A DNA stretch of 64,000 nt from a bacterium (GTDB taxonomy: Bacteria > Zhuqueibacterota > Zhuqueibacteria > Residuimicrobiales > Krinioviventaceae). Location of the stretch: assembly GCA_963675755.2 (NCBI GenBank), contig CAXXMD010000002.1, forward strand, positions 512,001 to 576,000, read 5' to 3'. Positions 52,180 to 62,156 of the stretch are shown in pieces. How positions within the stretch are numbered: position 1 is the first letter of the stretch; each line of letters opens with the position of its first letter. The translations under genes were made by a program, and so were the position numbers. The notes beneath the pieces are model-generated. The model saw only the letters and a program-made list of their open reading frames with translations, had not been told where the DNA came from and did no database searches.

Positions 52180-53703
52180 TTATTTTTTAATAGGAAAGGT
52201 TAATATTATCTCGGTTCCCTGATCTGGTTTGCTATTAACATTAATATTGCCATTATGTTCACAAACAATTTTATAACATATCGATAGTCCAAGTCCTGTA
52301 CCAATACCTGAACTCTTTGTTGTAAAACCAGGTTCAAAAATATGTTCCAGGTCGTCTTTGGAGATACCTCTGCCTGTATCTTTGAACGTTATAATAACAT
52401 TTTTTTGATCTGAATTTGTAGATACTGTGATGGCGCCAGAAGATATAATTGCTTCCTTTGCATTTAACATGATGTTCCAAAAGACTTGATTCAGTTTAGC
52501 AGGGGAGCATAGAATTTTTGGTACCTTGTTGAATTTTGTGATAATTTCTATGTTTTTATCCAGACCGCTTTTCACTAATCGAATTGTATCTTCCAGACCT
52601 TCATGTACATCAAATAATTGTGTTTCTGCTTCATCAAGATTTGCAAAGTTACGCATTGCTTTAACAATTTCTGTAATCCTTCTTGTACCATCTTCGGTCA
52701 CACGATTGGCTTCGCGTAATACTTTAAAGTAATTATCTACACGATTATCATTTTCATTATTGTAATTTTCTTTAATAAGAGATTCCAGTTTATCCGTTGC
52801 ACTTTTAACGGATTGCTGCATACTTTTTACAGCGCCAATGGGATTATTGATTTCGTGAGCAATACCAGCTGCAAGTTGACCCACTGAAGCCATTGTTTTA
52901 GATTCCACCAGTAAGGATTGTGTGTTTTCAAGCTCTGTGGTTCTTTCTTTAACCTTGGTTTCCAGATTTTCATTTAATTCTTCAACCATTCCAAATTGAT
53001 ATCGGAGTATAGCGACATAAAAAATAACTACACCGATGGGAAAAGCGAAAAATACATATATTTGCCAATTAATTCTAAAAAGGGGGAGTATGTAGATTAA
53101 TGAAATTACCGAACCATATATGATTCGAAATGCAATTATATTTAAAAAGAGATATTCTCTAAAAATTTTATCTTTGGTTTTTCTAAAAGCGGTATTGAGT
53201 GAAAATAATATTTTCCCTAAACCTGTAACCAGTATAAACAAAAACAATATAGAGATGGGACCAAATTTTATTTGAAATTTGGTAGCATTGATGCGTTCGA
53301 TATTGTTTATAAATAAATGGGTTTCTTTAAGAATATAAAGTGTAATTGACCATAAGATCAAACCCAATAAAAAGTAAAACCATACAGGTATATTTTTACC
53401 AAATAATTTTACAACTTTGAATTGTCCTTTACCAGTTAATATATTGGAATACATGATAGCAAATATGATGGAAAATATTGCAAACAGGGGGACAATTCTT
53501 AAATGCTCTTCAGAGATTGTCATTTCTTTGCGTGTTGCAAGAAAAGTAAACAAGGTAGCCATACCAAGGAGCAAGCTGAAAATTGAAAGCATTTTCCATT
53601 GTGATCCTCCTTTTCCCGAAAAATATGAAACAATAGAAAGAGAAAAGAGAAACACCATGCTGATAAGTGGAGGGATAGAATATACACTAATTGTTGTTGG
53701 CAT
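52180..53703 (-). CDS. Multi-TM (about 7) membrane sensor histidine kinase
   Basis: Hydrophobic N-terminal ~230 aa; MASVGQLAAGIAHEINNP, NQVFWN..LNA, DTGRG, FEPGFTTK, GTGLGL. Confidence 0.9.
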   Translation of the reverse strand: MPTTISVYSIPPLISMVFLFSLSIVSYFSGKGGSQWKMLSIFSLLLGMATLFTFLATRKEMTISEEHLRIVPLFAIFSIIFAIMYSNILTGKGQFKVVKLFGKNIPVWFYFLLGLILWSITLYILKETHLFINNIERINATKFQIKFGPISILFLFILVTGLGKILFSLNTAFRKTKDKIFREYLFLNIIAFRIIYGSVISLIYILPLFRINWQIYVFFAFPIGVVIFYVAILRYQFGMVEELNENLETKVKERTTELENTQSLLVESKTMASVGQLAAGIAHEINNPIGAVKSMQQSVKSATDKLESLIKENYNNENDNRVDNYFKVLREANRVTEDGTRRITEIVKAMRNFANLDEAETQLFDVHEGLEDTIRLVKSGLDKNIEIITKFNKVPKILCSPAKLNQVFWNIMLNAKEAIISSGAITVSTNSDQKNVIITFKDTGRGISKDDLEHIFEPGFTTKSSGIGTGLGLSICYKIVCEHNGNINVNSKPDQGTEIILTFPIKK

Positions 53704-53729
53704 AATTTACCTTTGATATTAATTTAATA

Positions 53730-54455
53730 TCAATTTTTAATATATTCTTCCGGATTATTTAAAAACTTTTTATATACCTGGTAATAGCTTGTTTCTTTGT
53801 AATTGATTTTACTGGCACCTGGTGTATCAAAAGAATAAATATCAGCTCCTGGGCAAGCAAGTAACAAGGGAGAATGCGATACAATTACCATTTGAACATT
53901 ATCACTTTTAATTATTTTTTGCAACAGTTTAATGAATAATATCTGACTTGAAGGGGAAAGCGCTGTTTCCGGTTCATCAAGAAAATAAATTCCTCTTTTT
54001 TCATATCTGGCGCTGAAATAAGACAAAATAGATTGTCCATGAGATTGAGTCATTAATGATTTGCCACCAAAATAATCCAATACTCCAGAATCCATTGAGC
54101 TCCATTCATCAACAATTTGACTAAAATTATGGAAATGTTGAGATGAAAAAAAGGATCCTTGTACTACACCATTGTTCCAGGGCATGTCAATATATTGATA
54201 AAGCATTTCCTCATAAGGATTATTATCTATCCTTGATCTTTCAATACCTTTCCAGATATATATTCCGGCTCTTTTTGCCATACTTTTTAGAATTGTACTT
54301 TTCCCTGAGCCATTTTCTCCAACAAAAAATGTAACATTAGATTTAAAAGGAACAGTAATCCGTTCTTTGAATAAATTAATGTTAAAAGGATAACAGTCTT
54401 CTTTAGGAAAGTTTGTAGGATCTACTGTAATACTTTTTATATGCATTTTTCTCAT
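53730..54455 (-). CDS. ABC/AAA-type ATPase (COG3910-like)
   Basis: GENGSGKST, QSHGQS, FLDEPETALSP, SHSPLLL. Confidence 0.88.
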   Translation of the reverse strand: MRKMHIKSITVDPTNFPKEDCYPFNINLFKERITVPFKSNVTFFVGENGSGKSTILKSMAKRAGIYIWKGIERSRIDNNPYEEMLYQYIDMPWNNGVVQGSFFSSQHFHNFSQIVDEWSSMDSGVLDYFGGKSLMTQSHGQSILSYFSARYEKRGIYFLDEPETALSPSSQILFIKLLQKIIKSDNVQMVIVSHSPLLLACPGADIYSFDTPGASKINYKETSYYQVYKKFLNNPEEYIKN

Positions 54456-54532
54456 TCTTGAATTATTATAATTTTAACAATATAAGTAAATTTACCCTAA
54501 AATAAAAAAAGTAATTTTATTTTGGAACTTTT

Positions 54533-54576
54533 TACGAAGAGCTTCGTATTAAATATTAACTACGAAATAATTCGTA
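54533..54576. promoter_or_regulatory. Two tandem operator palindromes upstream of blaI-like gene
   Basis: TACGAA-GAGC-TTCGTA (54533-54548) and TACGAA-ATAA-TTCGTA (54561-54576), offset by 28 bp. Confidence 0.75.
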
Positions 54577-54593
54577 TTAATTTGGGAGAAATT

Positions 54594-54977
54594 ATGAGTG
54601 AATACAAACCAACAGATTCTGAATTAGAGATTTTAAAATTATTATGGGAAAAAAGTCCACGAACTGTCCGGGAGATTAATGATCTCCTAAATCAGGAAAA
54701 AAAAGTGGGGTATACAACTACATTAAAAATAATGCAGATCATGCATCAAAAAGGTTTTCTTACACGTATAAAGCAGGGTAAAGTCCATTATTATACAGTA
54801 TCTATTGAACAGCAAAAAACACGTCAGGATTTATTGGACAAATTGGTGAAAACTGCATTTGATGGTTCGTCATTTAAATTGGTTATGCAGGCATTGGGTA
54901 GTGGAACCCGTTCTCAAAATGAACTCAATAAAATTCGTCAATACCTTGATCAGCTCGAAGGAGAGAATCATGATTAA
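54594..54977 (+). CDS. BlaI/MecI/CopY family transcriptional repressor
   Basis: PTDSELEILKLLW, TVREI, GYTTTLKIMQIMHQKG, AFDGSS..LVMQAL. ATG 54594 follows GGGAG. Confidence 0.93.
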   Translation: MSEYKPTDSELEILKLLWEKSPRTVREINDLLNQEKKVGYTTTLKIMQIMHQKGFLTRIKQGKVHYYTVSIEQQKTRQDLLDKLVKTAFDGSSFKLVMQALGSGTRSQNELNKIRQYLDQLEGENHD

Positions 54978-56844
54978 CTTGACTATTTTTTCTACACCCA
55001 TTGCTTATGCAATTGGTTGGACCTTAATGAATTCTATTTGGCAAGGTATAATAATTGGATTTTTAGCTGGCGTTTTTATGATATTTATCAAAAATGAACG
55101 TCCTGAAATGAAATATAATATAGCAGTTTCAGCCCTGTTTTTCATGTTTGTTACATCAGTTATAACTTTTTTTATTTCATATCATGATATTCATCGTGCT
55201 TTTCATGCATTATCACATACAAATCATGTTCAAGTTTTGAATACTGGTCACAATCTGGTTTCCAATACACCTGATGTCTTTTCATCTTTATTAATGAATG
55301 TTCAACCCTTTTTGCCATTCATTACATTGGCATGGTTGTTCGGGGTGGTCATTTATCTTATCCTTATAACACAAGATTTGATCACAGTTCATTATCTAAA
55401 ATCACGAAATTTAATAAATGTGAGTCCTGAATTATTTAAGGTATTTCAATCTGTTGCAAAACAAATGAATATCTTGAAGAATTTTAATGTATTTGAATCG
55501 TCAAAAGTACGTGTGCCCATGGTTATTGGTTTTTTGAAACCTGTAATATTGCTCCCTGTTGGTGTATTTACCGGATTCTCATCTAAACAAATTGAATCTA
55601 TTATTGCACATGAACTTGCACATATATTAAGAAATGATTATTTGATGAATATTGTCATTTCTTTTATTAAACCTCTGTTTTTCTATCATCCGGTTTATTG
55701 GTGGTTTGCATCAATAATTGAACAGGAGAGAGAAAAGTGCTGTGACGACAAGGCAATTGCTGTTGTTTCTGATTCTCTTTGTTACGCGCGTTCTCTTGAA
55801 AAATTATATGAATTTAATTTGTCATCTCCTTCAATGGCAATGGCTGCAATGAAAAATAACAATCAAATATTTAAACGGATAAAACGAATTACAAATCCTG
55901 TTGTCATGGAAAGTAACAGGCTTGGTGAGATGTTACTGCTTGCTTTGTTTATAATTGGATTGTGTATATTTTCAGCAAATGCTCAATCAGAAATTGATAA
56001 TAACGTTACAGATAATGTACAAAGTGAGGAAAGTCCGGATTTGGTTTTGCAAAATCAACCGGATGAAATGATTCTAGTAGAGAAAGATGATGATCCAAAT
56101 GATATTATAATGGAGCCGAGTGTTACCAATAACTCTAAATCTGATTCTTTAACCCACAGTAAATATAATTTTCATTCAGATTTTAATGATTCATTGTTGG
56201 ATGATTTTAATATTCAACTATCTAACATTGATGTGAAATTTGATTCAATTAAATTTGACAGCATAATAAATAATTTTCAAGTAAATTTTAATCATTTAAA
56301 ATTTGACAGCTTGATTGAAAATTTAGATGTTAGACTAGAAGATTTGAATATAGACATGGACTCTTTATCATTCATATCTGACAGTCTTTTATTAAATGTA
56401 AAAGTTAAAATGGATTCTTTTAATTTTAATTTTGATATGTCAGATTTAAAAATTGATTCTTTGATGAATAATTTCAAGTTTGACTTTGATTCAATAGATA
56501 CAGTGTCTATTAACAATTCAATACGTGCATTCAGGACAAAAATTAATACAATTGATTTTGATCAATTAAATAAAGATATAAAACTCATGCAGCAGCATTT
56601 AGATTCTGTAATGGTAAATAATAAAGATTATGAGGCACAGTTATCAATTGTTCAGGACCAATTTAACGACCCTGATTTTATGAAGCAAATTGAAAATGCA
56701 ATTGAAAATGATTTGAAAAATGTAAAAATAAACACTCGGGAATTACAGGAGAAAATAAAAAAACTGAATGAAGAAAAAATTAAAGAAATGAACCAGGCAT
56801 TAAAGGAATTAAATCCCCCTATTGAAAACCAAAATAATGACTAA
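54970..56844 (+). CDS. BlaR1-like M56 metallopeptidase with low-complexity extracytoplasmic tail
   Basis: IGWTLMNSIWQG, VPMVIGFLKPVILLP, IIAHELAHI.R.D (HExxH), FFYHP, ERE.CCDD. Last TM, then a D/N/S/F-rich tail. ATG 54970 overlaps the blaI-like gene. Confidence 0.9.
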   Translation: MINLTIFSTPIAYAIGWTLMNSIWQGIIIGFLAGVFMIFIKNERPEMKYNIAVSALFFMFVTSVITFFISYHDIHRAFHALSHTNHVQVLNTGHNLVSNTPDVFSSLLMNVQPFLPFITLAWLFGVVIYLILITQDLITVHYLKSRNLINVSPELFKVFQSVAKQMNILKNFNVFESSKVRVPMVIGFLKPVILLPVGVFTGFSSKQIESIIAHELAHILRNDYLMNIVISFIKPLFFYHPVYWWFASIIEQEREKCCDDKAIAVVSDSLCYARSLEKLYEFNLSSPSMAMAAMKNNNQIFKRIKRITNPVVMESNRLGEMLLLALFIIGLCIFSANAQSEIDNNVTDNVQSEESPDLVLQNQPDEMILVEKDDDPNDIIMEPSVTNNSKSDSLTHSKYNFHSDFNDSLLDDFNIQLSNIDVKFDSIKFDSIINNFQVNFNHLKFDSLIENLDVRLEDLNIDMDSLSFISDSLLLNVKVKMDSFNFNFDMSDLKIDSLMNNFKFDFDSIDTVSINNSIRAFRTKINTIDFDQLNKDIKLMQQHLDSVMVNNKDYEAQLSIVQDQFNDPDFMKQIENAIENDLKNVKINTRELQEKIKKLNEEKIKEMNQALKELNPPIENQNND

Positions 56845-56856
56845 AAATTGTAATAC

Positions 56857-57243
56857 TTATGCGACCGGCTCTTCATCTGTGATTAGTGTTTTATCAAAGT
56901 AGCTCATGGATTCTTCCTGTAAAAGGACCCAAAAAGTATAAACACCCAGTATGGTACCTAAAGGAATATTGAACAGATTGAATGCTGCGAGAATCATAAC
57001 AAGAATACGGGCCCAGTTTTTTCCTTTGTACAATGCGTAACCACCAATGATTCCAGGAATGGAAAAAATAAAAATAATTGTGGATAATGTTGTACCAACA
57101 GCACTTGTAATGAACAGTGCCTGATCATCACCTGATAAAATGCCACCACCTGTAATAATAACAAATACAACGAGTGCAGCTAAAACACCCATAATACTAA
57201 AAGCAATGTACAAAATACTTAATAGATGAATATGTTTTTCCAT
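56857..57243 (-). CDS. Hypothetical membrane protein
   Basis: 3-4 TM segments; WARIL...NIPLGTILGVYT.WVL pattern. RBS GGAGG. Confidence 0.75.
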   Translation of the reverse strand: MEKHIHLLSILYIAFSIMGVLAALVVFVIITGGGILSGDDQALFITSAVGTTLSTIIFIFSIPGIIGGYALYKGKNWARILVMILAAFNLFNIPLGTILGVYTFWVLLQEESMSYFDKTLITDEEPVA

Positions 57244-57311
57244 TTAACCCTCCGAAATTAAATTTGATTTAAAATAACAAATTACAATTTGCAATCAAAT
57301 ATAAAATAAAA

Positions 57312-57345
57312 AAAAATGCCAAATCAAAGCAGATTTGGCATTTTT
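57312..57345 (-). terminator. Rho-independent terminator after metE
   Basis: AAAAATGCCAAATC-AAAGCA-GATTTGGCATTTTT, with a longer A-run on the left (U-tail on the minus strand). Confidence 0.8.
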
Positions 57346-57360
57346 AAAAGTAATATTTAT

Positions 57361-59667
57361 TTATTTCCGAAGTCGCTTAGCTGCTTCTACCATATTTGAA
57401 AGGGCAGGCATAACTTCTTCCCATCTTCGGGTTTTTAATCCACAATCGGGATTAACCCAAATATGTTCTTTGGGAATATAATTTTGTGCTTTAACAAGCA
57501 GGTCTTCCATTTCATCCACATTTGGAATTCTTGGAGAATGGATATCATATACACCCGGACCAATTTCGTTTGGATATTTGAAATCAACAAATGCATCCAG
57601 CAGATCCATTTTGGAGCGTGATGATTCGATTGATATAACATCTGCATCCAAAGCTGCAATGGATTCAATCATATCGTTAAATTCACTGTAACACATGTGC
57701 GTGTGAATTTGTGTTTCATCTTGAACTCCTGAAGCAGAGAGTTTAAAATTGTCTACTGCCCATTCAAGATATTCCGGCCAATCTGATTGTCGCAAAGGCA
57801 ACCCTTCTCGTATAGCAGGTTCATCAATTTGAATAACTTTAATTCCTGCTTTTTCAAGGTCTACAACTTCATCTCTTAAGGCAAGAGCGATTTGTTTAGT
57901 GGTTTCACTTCTAGGCTGATCATCTCTTACAAAACTCCATTGAAGAATTGTAACAGGACCTGTTAACATACCTTTAACTGGTTTGTCAGTCAAAGATTGA
58001 GAATATTCAGTCCACTCAACAGTCATAGGTGCCGGTCTGGATACATCACCAAAGATAATGGGGGGCTTGACATAGCGACTGCCAAAGCTTTGTACCCATC
58101 CGAATTGTGAAAATACAAATCCATCCAGTTGTTCACCAAAATATTCAACCATATCATTACGTTCAAATTCACCATGGACCAGTACATCAATATCCAGGTC
58201 TTCTTGTTTCTTTATGGTGTCTTGAATTTCAGTTTTAATAAATTCATCATATTCTTTTTGGGTAATTTCATTTTTGCGAAGTTGCGCTCGCATTTTTCTG
58301 ATTTCCGGAGTTTGCGGAAATGATCCAATAGTGGTTGTTGGAAATGCTGGCAAGTTTAAGCTGGATTGCTGTATCTGACGACGTTTCTCGAATTCAGAAG
58401 AGCGTTCAAGATCCGCTTTGGATACTTTAGCGCAGCGTTCCTTTACTGCTTTGTTGTGAATACGCGTACTGCTGTTTCTAGAGTCGTTAGCAGCTTTGTT
58501 CAATTTCAATTTTTCCTGAACATTTTCTCCGGATGTTGCTTTTGCGAGTGTTACAATTTCATCAAGTTTTTCAGTGGCAAAAGACATCCAGTTTAATAAT
58601 TCTGCATCTAACTTGCTTTCATTAGCAATAGTAACAGGAGAATGAATCATGGAGCAGGAGGGAGCAACCATTATATTATCAACTCCCAAAGCTGATTTTG
58701 CTTTTTCCAGAACAGATAAAGAAGTATTGTAATTATTTTTCCAAATGTTTCTACCATTCACAATACCAATGGATAAAATTTTGTTTTCAGGAAATGATTC
58801 AATTACAGTATCAATTTCTTTCTTGCCTCTAACTGCATCTACATGAAGAGCAGAAACAGGTAATGATAAAAATACTGCAAGATTTTCTCTTATTTCACCA
58901 AAATAGTTGGCTACCATTAACTTTAATTTATTGACTGAACCTGCAAGTACTTTATAAGTTTTGGTTAAAGCTTCAAGTTCTTCTTTAGTGAGGTCTAGTG
59001 AAAAAATGGGTTCATCAATTTGTACCCATTCAGCACCCATTTCTTCAAGTTTTTGTAAAATCTGAATATAAACAGGCAACATTTTATCTAACAGAGAATA
59101 TCTATTAAAAGTAGCAGCATCATCACCAAATACTTTTCCCATCTTTAAATAAGTAACAGGTCCTACAAGAACGGGTTTGGTTTTAATTCCTTCAGATAAG
59201 GCTTCCTGAAATTCATCGAAAATTTTTGTAGAAGCAAGTTTAAAATCCATATTGGATGTTAATTCAGGAACAATATAGTGGTAATTGGTATCAAACCATT
59301 TTGTCATTTCACTGGCATATGTTGCTTTGTCATTGCTTGTCCCAATTTTTGATAATCCTCTGGCAATGGTAAACATAAGATCAAGATCAATATTGTTTTG
59401 GTCCCAATTAAAGCGGGAAGGGATTGCACCCAAAGTGCATGTCATATCCAATACCTGATCATAAAAACTAAAATCATTTGATGGGATGAGGTTAATGCCT
59501 GCTTTTTTTTGTGTATTCCAGTTTAATTTTCTTAATGAAGAAGCGGTTTCTAATAATTCATTTGAATCAATTTTATTAGACCAATATGCTTCAGTGGCTT
59601 TTTTGAGTTCGCGTTTTGCACCTATTCTTGGGAAGCCAAGATTATTGGTCAATACAGAATTAGACAT
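57361..59667 (-). CDS. metE: Cobalamin-independent methionine synthase
   Basis: LGFPRIG.KRELK, EMTKWFDTNYHY, TTTIGSFPQT, HGEFERNDMVEYF, HTHMCY, WVNPDCGLKTR. ATG 59667 preferred. Confidence 0.98.
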   Translation of the reverse strand: MSNSVLTNNLGFPRIGAKRELKKATEAYWSNKIDSNELLETASSLRKLNWNTQKKAGINLIPSNDFSFYDQVLDMTCTLGAIPSRFNWDQNNIDLDLMFTIARGLSKIGTSNDKATYASEMTKWFDTNYHYIVPELTSNMDFKLASTKIFDEFQEALSEGIKTKPVLVGPVTYLKMGKVFGDDAATFNRYSLLDKMLPVYIQILQKLEEMGAEWVQIDEPIFSLDLTKEELEALTKTYKVLAGSVNKLKLMVANYFGEIRENLAVFLSLPVSALHVDAVRGKKEIDTVIESFPENKILSIGIVNGRNIWKNNYNTSLSVLEKAKSALGVDNIMVAPSCSMIHSPVTIANESKLDAELLNWMSFATEKLDEIVTLAKATSGENVQEKLKLNKAANDSRNSSTRIHNKAVKERCAKVSKADLERSSEFEKRRQIQQSSLNLPAFPTTTIGSFPQTPEIRKMRAQLRKNEITQKEYDEFIKTEIQDTIKKQEDLDIDVLVHGEFERNDMVEYFGEQLDGFVFSQFGWVQSFGSRYVKPPIIFGDVSRPAPMTVEWTEYSQSLTDKPVKGMLTGPVTILQWSFVRDDQPRSETTKQIALALRDEVVDLEKAGIKVIQIDEPAIREGLPLRQSDWPEYLEWAVDNFKLSASGVQDETQIHTHMCYSEFNDMIESIAALDADVISIESSRSKMDLLDAFVDFKYPNEIGPGVYDIHSPRIPNVDEMEDLLVKAQNYIPKEHIWVNPDCGLKTRRWEEVMPALSNMVEAAKRLRK

Positions 59668-59728
59668 GTTGGCCCTTTCATATTTGAGCATAGTAGTTAA
59701 ATTGTTTACACAAATAACTAAAAAACAG

Positions 59729-59745
59729 TTGTGAATATTTCACAA
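59729..59745. promoter_or_regulatory. Palindrome with perfect 7-bp arms upstream of metE
   Basis: TTGTGAA-TAT-TTCACAA. Confidence 0.4.
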
Positions 59746-59749
59746 TAAT

Positions 59750-60319
59750 TTATTTTTTCTTTAAAATTGCACGCCAACCGGTGCGGGGGACGTTTGAAGG
59801 ATTGTACACTTTACTAATAGATCCAGCATGTTCTATTACGTAAAATGCTTCAGGAGTATGTTTTTCTATAATCGGGATGATTCTTTTTAAATTTTTACGT
59901 TCACACGCAATAAACAATATAAGCACATTTCCTTTTGCACCTTCGCCGTCAACGGTTGTAACCGGAAAACCTTCTTGGCGGATTTCAGACGCTAAAAGCT
60001 CACCATGCTGTGAGGTTATAATACGCATAACAATTTGACCCATAGCAAGTCTTTTTTCAATCAATATACCTACTACATTACCTGTTGAAAATCCAAATGC
60101 ATAAAACAGCGCAATGATTGGATAATTCATTACCTTATCCAGTACTGTAGAAAGAACAAGTAACCACATACTGATTTCAAAAAAACCTAATACAAAAGCT
60201 ATCTTGGTTTTGCCCCTGATTATTGATATCGTTCTTAGAGTACCAATACTAACATCTATGATTCGAGCACAAAAAACAAGAATACCTGTTAATAATATGC
60301 TCAAGTTTATAAATTCCAT
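59750..60319 (-). CDS. DUF2179/DUF5698 (UPF0316) membrane protein
   Basis: ARIIDVSIGTLR, LGFFEI, YAFGFSTGNVVG, GFPVT..GEG..G. Confidence 0.88.
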   Translation of the reverse strand: MEFINLSILLTGILVFCARIIDVSIGTLRTISIIRGKTKIAFVLGFFEISMWLLVLSTVLDKVMNYPIIALFYAFGFSTGNVVGILIEKRLAMGQIVMRIITSQHGELLASEIRQEGFPVTTVDGEGAKGNVLILFIACERKNLKRIIPIIEKHTPEAFYVIEHAGSISKVYNPSNVPRTGWRAILKKK

Positions 60320-60331
60320 AAAAGATAATCT

Positions 60332-61012
60332 TTAATTCAAAAATTCAAAAATACTGTTAACAAATTGAAGGTTACTGTCAATAATTTTTTCTCTGTTTTT
60401 GTCAGGAGATTGATTGTTTAACTCCATAGCATCATACAAACTTTCTCGAGCAGATTTTAACAAATCCAGTTCAGAATTAATTTTGTCTTTTGTTTCCTGA
60501 ACATACAATACTTTTTCATCCCCATAGGGCATGATTTCAAGGTCTTTCATTCTACTTGCATAATCAGTTCTCTTTTTGAACTCGTTAATTGAATAAAAGC
60601 CAATATTATTATATTGCCAGGATGCAATATCTGGTCTGTTTAATTTTTGAGCAATACTTGCAGCTTTGTTTAAAGATATTAATAAACTATCAAAATCACC
60701 ATTTTCTTTATATTGGGTGATTTCATCACGTGCCTGATTGTATGCAGACCAAAGGTCAGCTTCTGATGTAACCTGAGAGTATTCTACAGGTTTGATCTTG
60801 GGCAGCTTTTCAACAATTTGCTCTGATGATGTTTCAGCTGTATCTGTTTTACTGGTATTATCATCATTTTTTACTGCATTTGAATTATCAGAATTTTCAT
60901 TACTGCTATGATAAGTCTCTGGTTCAATCTCCTGAAATTCACTTTTGTTTTCATTATTTTTCTGACAACTCAGAAATATAAAAACAATTAAAACCACCCC
61001 AATTTTTTTCAT
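60332..61012 (-). CDS. Hypothetical lipoprotein with helical (TPR-like) domain
   Basis: Lipobox FLSC, N/S/E-rich linker, ASWQYNNIGF helix. Confidence 0.7.
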   Translation of the reverse strand: MKKIGVVLIVFIFLSCQKNNENKSEFQEIEPETYHSSNENSDNSNAVKNDDNTSKTDTAETSSEQIVEKLPKIKPVEYSQVTSEADLWSAYNQARDEITQYKENGDFDSLLISLNKAASIAQKLNRPDIASWQYNNIGFYSINEFKKRTDYASRMKDLEIMPYGDEKVLYVQETKDKINSELDLLKSARESLYDAMELNNQSPDKNREKIIDSNLQFVNSIFEFLN

Positions 61013-61095
61013 GAAAGCCTCTGATTTTTACGATATGTGAATTTGTGTAATAAAATTGACATATTAAAAGAGGCGAGCTATTTTTTTCTGAAAAA

Positions 61096-61521
61096 TTAAA
61101 GATTCGCTTCAGAAATAGCTTTGGCCTTTATTAATGCATCATTATAATTTTCAACAATGTGGATTTTAATTCCCTGTCTTTCTGCCGTATCCATATAATC
61201 CTTCATTGCTTCTTTAGTTATTGCACTTGTAGGGGGGATTACGATCAAATCTTTGGCCCCATAATGTACGGCACGTGTAAAATAAAATGTATCAATCCAT
61301 TCCAGATCATCTGCTCTTATAGTATTCTTGGCTTCGCTTGTATCCATAATAACACATGGAGGTTTAAATTGTTGTAATATTTTAGCCATTGCTCTGTAAC
61401 AAGGTTCTAGATCCTCAATGGCGATCATTGTATACCATTTTGCAATTAAACAGTTAATTTCATCATTATATTCGACATTAACAATATTTTCTTTCGAAGA
61501 ATTATATACAACTTGACTCAT
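61096..61521 (-). CDS. STAS/SEC14 (SpoIIAA-like) domain protein
   Basis: IAKW, VIMDTS, DDLEWI...F..A...G, IVIPP, final helix DAL..A. Confidence 0.55.
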   Translation of the reverse strand: MSQVVYNSSKENIVNVEYNDEINCLIAKWYTMIAIEDLEPCYRAMAKILQQFKPPCVIMDTSEAKNTIRADDLEWIDTFYFTRAVHYGAKDLIVIPPTSAITKEAMKDYMDTAERQGIKIHIVENYNDALIKAKAISEANL

Positions 61522-61595
61522 TTCCTTACCTTTTCTTAATTAAATACTATATTACTAATTTTCTTTTTCTTTATCAAGTAAAAATATGTAAACAA

Positions 61596-62156
61596 TTATA
61601 ACCCAATTTCTGAGGATACTGTTTGCATTGCTAATATAACATCCTCTATGAGTGTATTAATTTCAATTTCCATCATTGCAGCTCCTTTTTCTATGATTTC
61701 ACGATTTGCACCTGCAGCAAAGGATTTTTGCTTCCATTTCTTTTTAACGGATTTTACCGTAACATCCATAACGCTTTTTGAAGGACGTACCAGAGCAACT
61801 GCCGCTATTAATCCGGTTAATTCATCTACGGTATAAAGTGTTTTTTCCAATTCAGTTTCAGGTTTTACATCGGTGCAAATTTCCCAACCATGAGATAAAA
61901 CTGCTCTAATATATTCTGGCGGCCAGTTATGTTCCTCAAGAATTTCTTTGGATTTTTGACAATGGAGTTCCGGATATTTTTCATAATCCAGATCATGTAC
62001 AAGTCCAATTATACCCCATTTGTCTTCATCTTGATTGAATTTTTTTGCAAAGTATCTCATTGTTGCTTCAACTGCAAGTGCATGATTAATTAGTGCAATG
62101 TTACTATTGTGTTCTTTTAGTAAATTCAAGGCATTTGTACGGTCAGGTATCATCAT
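61596..62156 (-). CDS. HD/HDIG-domain phosphohydrolase (COG2316-like)
   Basis: LINHALAVEA.M, GLVHDLDYE, SH, DELTGLI.A.ALVRP, KSFAAG. Confidence 0.9.
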   Translation of the reverse strand: MMIPDRTNALNLLKEHNSNIALINHALAVEATMRYFAKKFNQDEDKWGIIGLVHDLDYEKYPELHCQKSKEILEEHNWPPEYIRAVLSHGWEICTDVKPETELEKTLYTVDELTGLIAAVALVRPSKSVMDVTVKSVKKKWKQKSFAAGANREIIEKGAAMMEIEINTLIEDVILAMQTVSSEIGL

